Assembly (NCBI GenBank): GCA_037142195.1
Contig: JBAXBA010000060.1
Coordinates: 1 to 22,385 of the forward strand
DNA from: Pseudomonadota bacterium
GTDB taxonomy: Bacteria; Bdellovibrionota_B; Oligoflexia; Oligoflexales; CAIMVM01
Direction: 5' to 3'
DNA length: 22,385 nt
Positions 1 to 8,782 of this stretch are shown here, piece after piece; the first letter of the stretch is position 1; the number at the start of each line of letters is the position of its first letter. Both the position numbers and the translations under genes were made by a program. Under the pieces are notes generated by a model, which ran no database searches, was not told the DNA's origin, and was given only the letters and a program-made list of their open reading frames with translations.

Positions 1-1
1 A

Positions 2-514
2 GCTGCATTTGCGTTCGACCATTTGGCCCACATGCCAGGAGCAAACCCGCTTCTTGCTCCAGAACTCAAAAAGTTGATCTTACGTGGCGATTTAAACTCA
101 GCAATTCAGCTCTCGCTAAATGCAAAAGACCCCATTCAGAGTCAAGGCTCTCTTTCTGTGAAGCTTAAAAATTCATCTTTTGCAATGGATGACGGCTACA
201 TCTCCGAGCAAACGTTTAAAACGGCACAGATTGATGCTGTGATGAATCGAGGTCGTCTTGACTTTGCTAAGGGCTCTGGATTTCAGGCTCAAGATATAGG
301 GATTGGTTTTAGCGGCGATGTCGCCCTCAAGAATCCAATGTTACGTTCGCTTTTGAACTTGAAAATTCCCATTCGAATGGAAGGCGGCATCAAGGAAAAA
401 TTCGGAATACTTTTAGAAATGCAGTTTTTAGCTGGTGAAAGGCTCACAAGCGAGCTGACCCTTCAAGTAACTGGACCCTTAGATAGCCCTTCTGTAGTAC
501 CCGCTGGTTCTTGA
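2..514 (+). CDS. 3' part of a type II secretion system protein N (GspN)-like / AsmA-like protein, 5'-truncated by the window
   Basis: The frame is open from position 2 (GCT GCA TTT GCG TTC GAC CAT TTG), so the TTG at 23 is probably internal. Beta-rich sequence ending LTLQVTGPLDSP resembles GspN/AsmA C-termini. Confidence 0.5.
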   Translation, partial: AAFAFDHLAHMPGANPLLAPELKKLILRGDLNSAIQLSLNAKDPIQSQGSLSVKLKNSSFAMDDGYISEQTFKTAQIDAVMNRGRLDFAKGSGFQAQDIGIGFSGDVALKNPMLRSLLNLKIPIRMEGGIKEKFGILLEMQFLAGERLTSELTLQVTGPLDSPSVVPAGS

Positions 515-529
515 TAAAAATGCTAGGCT

Positions 530-555
530 TTGCGAATTGCCCAATTCGCAGTTTT
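530..555 (+). terminator. Intrinsic terminator after the GspN-like gene
   Basis: TGCGAATT(GCCC)AATTCGCA inverted repeat at 531-550 followed by GTTTT. Confidence 0.6.
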
Positions 556-582
556 GACAGTTGTGAAGGCTCGCTTTAAAAT
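554..582 (+). promoter_or_regulatory. sigma70-type promoter for the 606-3456 operon
   Basis: TTGACA (554-559), 17 nt spacer, TAAAAT (577-582). Confidence 0.75.
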
Positions 583-605
583 GAAATCTAGGTTTATGTT
601 CGAGC

Positions 606-959
606 TTGTCGGGGGCTTCTTTGCAGAATATTCCTTATTTTGTGGATCTTCTTTCTGATCGTCTAGATCGCTTAGAGAAAGTCGTAGTCGGGGATGATGT
701 CTCTTCCCTTCAAGAAATTATTTTCCTAGAAAGAGCCGCATTTGATTCTCTACAGCGATCGATGAGTGATGTAAGTCAGACCTATACACCTGCTGAAATA
801 GAGCCACTCTACGAAAAAGTGATGTCATTAACTCGGTTAGCTGAAAAAAAAATTTCAGAACTAGAGACTAAATTAAAGCAAGTCCGCACCGTAAACGGAA
901 AGATTAAGAAATTTGCTGCAGCAGAAAAGGTCGATGGTTTCGTTTCAAAAAGCGTGTAG
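606..959 (+). CDS. Small helical protein, FliT/FlgN-like flagellar chaperone (start codon uncertain: TTG 606, TTG 621 or GTG 642)
   Basis: About 110 aa, amphipathic helical/coiled-coil pattern with C-terminal KIKKF...GFVSKSV, reminiscent of FliT-type chaperones. Ends 12 nt before the next gene. Confidence 0.45.
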   Translation: MSGASLQNIPYFVDLLSDRLDRLEKVVVGDDVSSLQEIIFLERAAFDSLQRSMSDVSQTYTPAEIEPLYEKVMSLTRLAEKKISELETKLKQVRTVNGKIKKFAAAEKVDGFVSKSV

Positions 960-971
960 AGGAGTAGGGAA

Positions 972-2819
972 ATGAATAAAGAAAAACTGGCGGCTGTCTA
1001 CGGTACCATTCCTTCTCCGGAGGAGATAGATCAACTGGTCGCATTTTGCGGGGATCAGTATGAGTTGACGATTATAACGGGTCTATCCATTGCGGAGTAT
1101 TTAAGGACCAACTCTAGATCAATTGGTCTCAGGGTATTGGCCCTGCCTGATCACGACGAAAACCATACCTTTCTCCCGGGTCTGGAGCCAGCATTAGCAG
1201 GATTTCATACCATTATCATAAAAGAGCGCATAGGCCTATATGCTTATCAAGCGGTAAAAGCCAAATGGCTCCATCGCTCTCGTCTCATCGTACTGGTTGA
1301 CAATTTAACCCCGTGGCCAGCCCAGGATATTCCTCGCCTAAGAACCATTAGAGATGAGGTTACAAAAGCGGCTGATGCCTTTATGGTTCAGTCAGAAGCT
1401 GCACGGGACATGCTGACTATGATTGAAGGAATTGATGCTAAAAGAATTTATTTTGTTCCACCTTTTGTGTCCCATACTCAGAATCAAGGCGGTAAAGCAA
1501 AAGCTGATGCATTAAAGGCATTAGGGTTCCACGATGGCGATTTTTTGGTTTCGGTAGTTGGTCAGGTAGAGTGGGAAGAAGGTCTATTTGATGCTCTGCA
1601 TGGAATTGCTTTGGCCAGAAAAGAAAATGGTGGTGAATACTCCAAGATAAAGTTGGCAATATGCGGTGTGGGTTCTTTTGATCTTGTTCTTCAAGAGAGA
1701 ATAGATGCCCTTGGTTTGTATTCGGCAGTAAAGATATTTGAGCCTAATCGAAATCATCATGCCTTGATCATCGATGCTTCTTCTGCAATCTTTTCTTCGA
1801 TCATACAATCTAGAGATAGATTAGAAGGTGATCCCTTTAAAGTTGTGACTGCCATAGCCAATAAAATTCCTCTTCTTTCTGGTAGGACGCCGATGGCAGA
1901 AGAGTTTCTTGGAAAATATCGACTTGATTTTTGTCTTGGTAGCTCACTCAGTATTTCTCATGCCATTTCCCGAGCTTTTTCCAGCAAAGGACTATGTGCA
2001 GATATCGCAACAAAAGCGATTCAAAAAAATAGAAGAAGTCTAGATAACTCCAAAGAGATTTTCTATCAGGCGATCGAAGGCGCAAAACGAGTCGATTCGC
2101 GGCCGTCAGATACCGTTTTAGTTGTCCAAATCGAAGAAATTGAGTTGTTGGTATCAAAAGCCAACTATTTGGATGCGATTAAGCTCATTGATCGGGTGTT
2201 CTCAACTTATGATTTGGGAGTCCATCATAAGTCAAATCTCTATAGAATCATCGGCGATTGTTTTACAAAGTTAGGCGATATGACTTCAGGGAAAGAGGCT
2301 TATGAAACTGCTTTGTCTTTGGATCCCTATCTAGCACCAGCAGTCATTGGGCTTGGTGTGATTTCTATCAATCAAAATAAGCCGGATATGGCAATCATTC
2401 AATTTCAAAAAGCAGTTACCTATGCACCTCAGGACGATATGGCTTGTCTAGGGCTGGGGTTAGCTTTCCAAGGGTTAGGAGAAATCCCCGAAGCCAACAA
2501 ATGGATGGAACGCTGTCTTGACTTAAACCCAACGAATGCTGCCGGATTGTATAGTTTGTTAAAAATCGCTCATCAGTCAAAGGATTTTACTTTTGCATTG
2601 CCGGCATTAGAGCATTATCTTAGTTTAAAACCCCAGGATCTCTCTGTAAAATATAGCTACGCAGGCGCCTTATATGCCGTTTCCAATTTTGAAAAGAGCT
2701 TGGCGGTCGTGGAGGAAATTCTCTCTATCAATCCTACACATTCTCAAGCTCTTGAGTTAAAGGTGACTATGCAACAAAAGCCTAATCAAGCTCCTCATAA
2801 GGTAGGCAAGCATGCTTAA
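972..2819 (+). CDS. GT-B (GT4-like) glycosyltransferase domain fused to C-terminal TPR repeats
   Basis: SD GAGGAG. GT4-like segments VSVVGQVEWEEG, LAICGVG, EGDPFKVVTAIANKIPLL. TPR helices such as AYETALSLDPYLAPAVIGLG and MERCLDLNPTNAAGLYSL. Confidence 0.7.
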   Translation: MNKEKLAAVYGTIPSPEEIDQLVAFCGDQYELTIITGLSIAEYLRTNSRSIGLRVLALPDHDENHTFLPGLEPALAGFHTIIIKERIGLYAYQAVKAKWLHRSRLIVLVDNLTPWPAQDIPRLRTIRDEVTKAADAFMVQSEAARDMLTMIEGIDAKRIYFVPPFVSHTQNQGGKAKADALKALGFHDGDFLVSVVGQVEWEEGLFDALHGIALARKENGGEYSKIKLAICGVGSFDLVLQERIDALGLYSAVKIFEPNRNHHALIIDASSAIFSSIIQSRDRLEGDPFKVVTAIANKIPLLSGRTPMAEEFLGKYRLDFCLGSSLSISHAISRAFSSKGLCADIATKAIQKNRRSLDNSKEIFYQAIEGAKRVDSRPSDTVLVVQIEEIELLVSKANYLDAIKLIDRVFSTYDLGVHHKSNLYRIIGDCFTKLGDMTSGKEAYETALSLDPYLAPAVIGLGVISINQNKPDMAIIQFQKAVTYAPQDDMACLGLGLAFQGLGEIPEANKWMERCLDLNPTNAAGLYSLLKIAHQSKDFTFALPALEHYLSLKPQDLSVKYSYAGALYAVSNFEKSLAVVEEILSINPTHSQALELKVTMQQKPNQAPHKVGKHA

Positions 2820-3456
2820 GTTTATTTTTATCAAAAATAGAAGAATTCCGGTTCCCATACCCATATTTAATGTGAAGGAAGCACTTTTCTGGGTAACAGA
2901 AACCTTTGCAGTAGACGACAGAATGATCACTCGCGTCATTCTAAATGGGGAAGAGCTTCCTTTTGAAACTGTGGAGACAATGGATTGGTCCTTGGATGCC
3001 TTGTCCGAACTTGTCGTTCAAGTGGAATCACCCAGGGAAATATCAGCTCAATCTATTGAGGTGGTAAGAGATTTTTGTTTAGTACTTCTTAGTCGAATTA
3101 AACCCGCTGCTGTAGCACTCTATCAATTCGAGGGTTCTGAAATTCTACCTTCATTTAGTGAAATATTTGAAGATATGGAGTATTTGCATAGCTTGAGGAT
3201 ACATATCAACGGAATTTTAGACCAATTTCATTCTGACATTGCTCCCTTTGAAGCGATGTCTCTCGTATGCGACCGGGTTATGGGGGATCTCATACGTGAG
3301 AAAAACCAAAATAACTGGAAGAAATGTTCTGAAATACTTTTACACCGCTTGGATCCTTTTTTGAAGAAGCTTCATTTTGAAGTGGTAGAGCTCCAGAAGA
3401 GATTCTCCTCAGAAACCGACTCCGACCTTGTGCTCCCTCTTTATGGCAAGACTTAA
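2812..3456 (+). CDS. Hypothetical protein resembling a family found in flagellar/flagellin-modification loci
   Basis: Overlaps the upstream gene by 8 nt. Pattern RMITRVILNGE...VQVESPREI...NWKKCSEILLHRLDP resembles, from recall, the 'DW..LADLLEYEL.P' family. Confidence 0.5.
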   Translation: MLKFIFIKNRRIPVPIPIFNVKEALFWVTETFAVDDRMITRVILNGEELPFETVETMDWSLDALSELVVQVESPREISAQSIEVVRDFCLVLLSRIKPAAVALYQFEGSEILPSFSEIFEDMEYLHSLRIHINGILDQFHSDIAPFEAMSLVCDRVMGDLIREKNQNNWKKCSEILLHRLDPFLKKLHFEVVELQKRFSSETDSDLVLPLYGKT

Positions 3457-3553
3457 CTCTCTGATATAATTATAATAATATAGAAAACTAAATAGTTACG
3501 ACTTGGAGACAGATATAACTTTATGGTTCCTTCGATAGGCTATGGGAGGTTTT

Positions 3554-4903
3554 ATGGTTGCAACAACATTTAAATCTGCAATTGTTGCTACCAAAAGTAG
3601 TCATATAAAGAGTCTTTATCGCGAAGCTTTAAAGGATCATGGTGGTCCCCATATTGAGGTGATTCAAGATCCAGATGAAATAGACACCCATCTAAAGGGT
3701 GGAGACGCAACTCTATTGGTTATTGACTGGAATTTAGACGTGGATAATGTTGTTTGTCTCCTTAACAAAGTACAGGGCTCTCTCCGAGAGATAGCGGTTT
3801 TAATTCATACGGAAAAAATTTCAGGCAAGGCTATTGCGGTAGGTCTTGAGTATTCCGTTGACTATGTTGGGAATGCTTCGGAGATTCCTGCCGTGATTAA
3901 AGTAGGAGTAGCGAAGGCTATAGATTCCTATCTTAAGCTATCGCCTATCCGAAGCATTTTGAGTAAAATTGATATGTTTCGAAAGAAGGGCGACTTTAAA
4001 TCCGCGATGCTAGTACTCGAGTCCACTCTGGAAAAAGCGCCAAATGTTGCTATAATTGAGCTGGAGCTGGCAGCTGTTTATGTAGATAGTGGACTATGGC
4101 GAGATGCGGAGCCAATAGTTAAAAGACTCTCAGAAGTGCAGCCGCCGAATTTGCGAGCACAGCACCTTTACGCGCGCGTTCTTATGAAGAAAAGCCAATT
4201 CAAAGAAGCTGAAGCCCTGCTCAATAACTGCAAACTTCTCAATCCCTACAATGCACCCAGGTTGGTTGATTTAGGGCGCTGTATTTTAGAGCAACCGGGG
4301 AGATCAAGTGAAGCTTTAACAATATTTGATGAAGCCATAAAACTAGATCCAAATTTGCCTGAAGCCAAGTTGGGTAAGTCCGAGTGTCTTTTAGCTCAGG
4401 GTGATATTGAGGATGCTTTGGAGTTGATGAAAGGTTTCGCCTCCCCAAGAGAGTTGGCATCTGTCTTCAACTTAGCTGCCATTGTAAATATTAGAGATCG
4501 AAAGTTCAATGATGGAATAGGTCTCTATCAAGTCGCTTTGAAATCGATAAAAGACGACAATTTTGCGAGCTCAAGACTCTACTTTAATGCTGCTCTAGGT
4601 TTTAATAGATGGGAGAGGCCTGAAGACGCCCTAAAATGTTTGAAGAAAAGTCTCGAACTGGATCCCACTTTTAATCGATCCAAGAGCCTTCTGAAGCGCA
4701 TTTCTGACAAAGTTCCTGGCAGTTTGGCAATGTCCAAGGGTGCTGAAGGCGATCATTTTGAGTCGGTTATTCAAAAAAAGGAAATAAAGTCGCCAAGTGC
4801 TGAGACTACTAACTTAGAACCCCCTTCCTCGCAATCCCCTAAAAAAGACCCGTTGGCCTATACCGGTTTCGATGATTTTGATATTTCTGATGACGATGCT
4901 TGA
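3554..4903 (+). CDS. Atypical response-regulator receiver domain plus TPR repeats with acidic tail
   Basis: GGGAGG SD precedes ATG 3554 (ORF track starts at 3542). Receiver-like LLVIDWNL, multiple TPRs (DEAIKLDPNLPEAKLG, KKSLELDPTF), tail FDDFDISDDDA. Confidence 0.75.
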   Translation: MVATTFKSAIVATKSSHIKSLYREALKDHGGPHIEVIQDPDEIDTHLKGGDATLLVIDWNLDVDNVVCLLNKVQGSLREIAVLIHTEKISGKAIAVGLEYSVDYVGNASEIPAVIKVGVAKAIDSYLKLSPIRSILSKIDMFRKKGDFKSAMLVLESTLEKAPNVAIIELELAAVYVDSGLWRDAEPIVKRLSEVQPPNLRAQHLYARVLMKKSQFKEAEALLNNCKLLNPYNAPRLVDLGRCILEQPGRSSEALTIFDEAIKLDPNLPEAKLGKSECLLAQGDIEDALELMKGFASPRELASVFNLAAIVNIRDRKFNDGIGLYQVALKSIKDDNFASSRLYFNAALGFNRWERPEDALKCLKKSLELDPTFNRSKSLLKRISDKVPGSLAMSKGAEGDHFESVIQKKEIKSPSAETTNLEPPSSQSPKKDPLAYTGFDDFDISDDDA

Positions 4904-4991
4904 GATTCGGTCAAATTATGAGATAATACTTATCTAGAACTGCCTGATATCAAACGCATAATAGCATCTCTTTGGGTATTTCAATGTTATC

Positions 4992-5018
4992 TAAAGGTTT
5001 CGTTGACTTTTCCGATAG
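4992..5018 (+). promoter_or_regulatory. sigma28 (FliA)-type promoter upstream of the lytic transglycosylase
   Basis: TAAAGGTT (4992-4999), 11 nt spacer, TCCGATAG (5011-5018), versus consensus TAAAGTTT-N11-GCCGATAA. Confidence 0.6.
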
Positions 5019-5055
5019 GTTGATTGGTGTTTGTTGGCGAAAATAGGGGAAACTC

Positions 5056-7371
5056 ATGCTTCCACGATGGATTTTGTTGGTTTTTTTTCTAGAGTCCTCT
5101 GCTTTTGCGGAGTCGGCTGAAATTAAAGGTGGACGACTATCCGTTGACCCCACTCTTGAGGCGTGGATTTCTAGACACTCTATTGCATACTTGCAAGATA
5201 AAAAAGACCTAAAAATAGATCGTTTCGAAAATCTCGACGAGCTATCACGTGATTATATATCTTTGAAAAACCGGGATCTTCTGCCGGTTTCAGACGAGAC
5301 ACAATTGGATCCAGGGGTGATCTTGGGTAAATTGCAGTCTTATATGGACGCTAACAATAAACCACACCCTTTGCATAATTATATTTTGGCCGAATTAAAA
5401 ATATCTGCGCAGTTGAGGCCTCAATATGCTGCGTTAACCGCTGTGCCATCGTTCAATTCTTGTTTGAAGCGTGGAAACTTTAGTCGTGTTTCTGAAGCCA
5501 AAGGATTTTTTTCGCGCAGCCCCAGTGAACTTGGTGCTTGGATGAACGAAGTAGATCTTTACCGAGCCTTGTGGTTTAAGAAAGGTCAATTTAAGAGGCT
5601 AGTGCAGGGAATTAAGCCGTCCGATCAAGGAAAGTTTGTTTCTACATTGCAGCCTTTTGCGGAAAAGTACTCTTGGTTCGCCGAAATGGTGCCTTGGGTA
5701 AAAATAGAGAATGGGCGAGAGGATATTGCGGTAAGTAGACTTCTTTCAAAAAATGAGTGTGAGGCTGCAAAACAAAAATATGCCGGTTGGTTAAATAGCG
5801 CCACGGTGAAGCCTGATGGTATGGCGGCGATTATGGAAAGCGTTGCAGATGTGGGAAGATGCTTTCGGAAGAATGGCGTGGAATCGAGAGTTGCTGGCCT
5901 GCGAGATTTCTCGACAGTATTGGAAGCAAAATTTGGATTTGAAGGGAAGTCTGCACTTGCTGTTGAGATAGCCAAGGCATATTGGTCGGCCGATAAATTT
6001 ACTGAAGCTCGCAGCATCTTAGCGGAGATTTTTACAGAAGCACTTGCTCAAAATAAGCTTGACAATGTCGGCGCAGCTCAACATCTTTTAGCGCAAATTT
6101 ACGAAAATGAGCATCGCATTGAAGACGCCATAATTAATTTTGAATTCTATATAGGACGTTATAAGGACACATCTTTGACGTTTGAGGCTCTTCGCAGCTT
6201 GGTGCTGCTCTATGCGGAAAAACAAGAATGGGTGAAAGCTGCAGAGGCCGCTCAGCGGATGGTCGCAATTCAAGATTCTCAACCAGATGAAAAACGAGAA
6301 GTAAATAAGGCCGGGTTTGGATTGTTTTGGTCAGGTAGGGCTTGGCTGGCTTTGGGAGAAAAGGAATTAGCTAGTGCGGCATGGAAGCGCTTAAAAACAG
6401 AATATTACTCGACCTACTACGGGGCTTTAGGGCACTTCCTGCTTGAAGCAAGTTTAGGTCAGGTATTTGATGTGGAAATTGCAAACGATAAAGCATTTTC
6501 GGAAAAAGAGTTTCTATTTTCGCCCTTTGATGAATCAGATCAGCTTCGAGTTAAGGCGATTCTGGTTTTTTTGAGAGCAGGATTGTCGAAAGAAGCTGAT
6601 TGTGAAATTGACGAGTTAGCTGATCAAAAAAATCCAGCCAAAGATTTTGCTAGGGCACTTCTCTATTCTGCTTCTGGGGCATGGTTAAAATCTGTGAAGG
6701 TCTTTGATGAACTGCCTCGCTCCTATCGCAACAATCTCCCCAGAGGGTCAGAGCGCATTCTGTTTCCTATTCGATATAAAGAAACTATAGAAAATTTTGC
6801 ATTGAGACTCAATATGGATCCTGATTTTGTAATAGGTCTTATTCGGCAGGAAAGCCTATTTGATAACCAAGCAATGTCTCCTGTAGGAGCAAAGGGTTTG
6901 ATGCAGTTAATGGAAGCAACTGCTCAAATGGAAGTAAAGAGGATGGATAGCAACTATTTCGAACAAAAGAATACCAAATCAGATCTTCTGCAAGCAGCAT
7001 CCAGCAATGTGCGGTTGTTCGAAACGGAAGCTAATTTGATGATTGGCATTCATCATGTTAATACTTTAATGAAAAAGTATGGATCTCCCGTGTTTACCCT
7101 TTCTGCATATAATGCAGGGCCAGGGGCTATGTTGAAGTGGAAAGATAAATTTGATTCGACAGATTTGCTCCTTTTTGTCGAAAAAATCCCATATAAAGAA
7201 ACCAATAGCTATGTAAAACTTATACTTAGAAACTATTTCTATTATAAAAAATGGTACCGAGACTCTACTTTATCAATGCCGCATCTAGAAGCTGTGGCAA
7301 GCCCTCTCGTCAAGATGCCACTTTCTGTGCCTAAAGATGAAGTTAAAGAAAAAAATGCGGTTAGCTTATAA
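5056..7371 (+). CDS. slt: Soluble lytic murein transglycosylase, Slt70-like (signal peptide, helical/TPR region, C-terminal SLT domain)
   Basis: Signal peptide ending SSAFA. SLT motifs IRQES (catalytic Glu), GAKGLMQLM, AYNAGPG, IPYKETNSYVK. Confidence 0.9.
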   Translation: MLPRWILLVFFLESSAFAESAEIKGGRLSVDPTLEAWISRHSIAYLQDKKDLKIDRFENLDELSRDYISLKNRDLLPVSDETQLDPGVILGKLQSYMDANNKPHPLHNYILAELKISAQLRPQYAALTAVPSFNSCLKRGNFSRVSEAKGFFSRSPSELGAWMNEVDLYRALWFKKGQFKRLVQGIKPSDQGKFVSTLQPFAEKYSWFAEMVPWVKIENGREDIAVSRLLSKNECEAAKQKYAGWLNSATVKPDGMAAIMESVADVGRCFRKNGVESRVAGLRDFSTVLEAKFGFEGKSALAVEIAKAYWSADKFTEARSILAEIFTEALAQNKLDNVGAAQHLLAQIYENEHRIEDAIINFEFYIGRYKDTSLTFEALRSLVLLYAEKQEWVKAAEAAQRMVAIQDSQPDEKREVNKAGFGLFWSGRAWLALGEKELASAAWKRLKTEYYSTYYGALGHFLLEASLGQVFDVEIANDKAFSEKEFLFSPFDESDQLRVKAILVFLRAGLSKEADCEIDELADQKNPAKDFARALLYSASGAWLKSVKVFDELPRSYRNNLPRGSERILFPIRYKETIENFALRLNMDPDFVIGLIRQESLFDNQAMSPVGAKGLMQLMEATAQMEVKRMDSNYFEQKNTKSDLLQAASSNVRLFETEANLMIGIHHVNTLMKKYGSPVFTLSAYNAGPGAMLKWKDKFDSTDLLLFVEKIPYKETNSYVKLILRNYFYYKKWYRDSTLSMPHLEAVASPLVKMPLSVPKDEVKEKNAVSL

Positions 7372-7430
7372 GTCTGTCTTTAGTAAAGACGCCTGTTTCA
7401 AGTAACTCAATGAGCGACTCTGAACAGGTG

Positions 7431-8072
7431 TCAGGCATTTTGCGCTTCGGGTTGACGATCCGGAGAGGCTTCGTAACAGGATTTTGTTTTTAAACAAAAA
7501 TCATAGATCTCTGAAAGTCTTGGAAATTCAGCGCTTAGGTTGATTCCAAATCTTTTTGCATTGTAACATTGAGGCACGATGCAGATGTCTGCAAGCGTTA
7601 AATTACTTCCAAATGAGTAAGGGCCTTTTTTATCGTTTTGAAAAATCAGCTGTTCGAAGACTTTTAGCCCTTTGCGATTGAAATCCTGTGCCCACTCGCG
7701 CCTTTTTTCGTCTAAATCGGAATGTCTTCTAAGAACACTTAGGTTTTGAATCGGCTGCGTGTCCATGGCAATGACGTAGGCCATTTCTCTTACCAAGGCT
7801 TTTTCCCAAGAGTCTGTTGGCAAGAGGCATGGAACTGGCCATGTCTCATCGAGCCATTCCACAATTGCAAGGGAGCCGGAAATAGGTTTACCATCTACGA
7901 GTAAAGTAGGAACTCTGCCATGGGGGTTGAGTTTCAGATATTCAGGCGAATTCTGCTCATTCTCTAATAGATTCACGTCTACGGATTTGTAGGGGAGGCC
8001 TTTTAAATTTAAAGCCCATTTTACGCGCCACGTGCAACTCGAGCGCCAATATCCATGTAATACGAAATTCAT
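7431..8072 (-). CDS. maiA: Maleylacetoacetate isomerase (GST zeta class)
   Basis: N-terminal YWRSSCTWRV motif, LNPHGRVPTL, DTQPIQNL, TLADICIVPQCYNAKRF, PDRQP. Confidence 0.92.
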   Translation of the reverse strand: MNFVLHGYWRSSCTWRVKWALNLKGLPYKSVDVNLLENEQNSPEYLKLNPHGRVPTLLVDGKPISGSLAIVEWLDETWPVPCLLPTDSWEKALVREMAYVIAMDTQPIQNLSVLRRHSDLDEKRREWAQDFNRKGLKVFEQLIFQNDKKGPYSFGSNLTLADICIVPQCYNAKRFGINLSAEFPRLSEIYDFCLKTKSCYEASPDRQPEAQNA

Positions 8073-8080
8073 ATGCTACC

Positions 8081-8782
8081 TCACAATTCTATGGGGATCT
8101 CATTTGATAACTCAATGCTTTGGGAGCTTGACTTAACCCTAAATGCTAAAATTTCGACTCCACATTTATGGCTTTCGCGGAGAAGGCCCCCATAATCGGG
8201 ATCAATGTCATCTGCTACAGATAAGAACTTACCTTCGACTCTATTCACGAGGAAAAAGAGCACGGCCCTATGCCCCATCTTTACTTGAGCCATGAGCTCT
8301 TCCAGGTGCTTTTGTCCCCTTGTAGTGACAGCATCCGGAAAAAGTATGCAGTCACGGGTAGGGTCATAGAGCGTTGCATTTTTAATTTCTATAAAACACA
8401 TTCCGGGAGATTCAAGTAGCAAATCTATCCTTGAACCTTGACTACCATATTTTACTTCTGTTCGAAGCAATTCATATTTTTCGAAGGTCCGAATCTTTTT
8501 ATCTCGAAGGGCTTCCGACACAATTTTGTTGGGGAGAGATGTATTTACGCCGACTAGACCTCCCCCCATTTCAGAAAACTCCAAGGTCCACTTCAATTTT
8601 CGATTCAGATTCTTGGATTCAGAAACGAAAACTTTTCCACCTGGCTCTATGCATGTTTTCATGCTGCCTGTATTAGGGCAATGTGCTGTCTCCTTCGAGC
8701 CGTCTTCAAACTCAATATCAGCCAGAAAGCGCTTATAGCGTTTGATAAGTCTGGCTTCCCTACATGGCGGATCAAATATCAA
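8081..8782 (-). CDS. sfsA: Sugar fermentation stimulation protein A (PD-(D/E)XK-fold DNA-binding/nuclease)
   Basis: RYKRFLAD, HCPNTGSM, SRIDLLL, IEIKN, FPDAVTTRGQKHLEEL. Confidence 0.95.
   Translation of the reverse strand: MIFDPPCREARLIKRYKRFLADIEFEDGSKETAHCPNTGSMKTCIEPGGKVFVSESKNLNRKLKWTLEFSEMGGGLVGVNTSLPNKIVSEALRDKKIRTFEKYELLRTEVKYGSQGSRIDLLLESPGMCFIEIKNATLYDPTRDCILFPDAVTTRGQKHLEELMAQVKMGHRAVLFFLVNRVEGKFLSVADDIDPDYGGLLRESHKCGVEILAFRVKSSSQSIELSNEIPIEL

Noticed and set aside
7388..7433. Hairpin immediately after the maiA TGA as a possible SECIS element
   Set aside because: Readthrough meets another TGA after seven codons, and MaiA is already complete.
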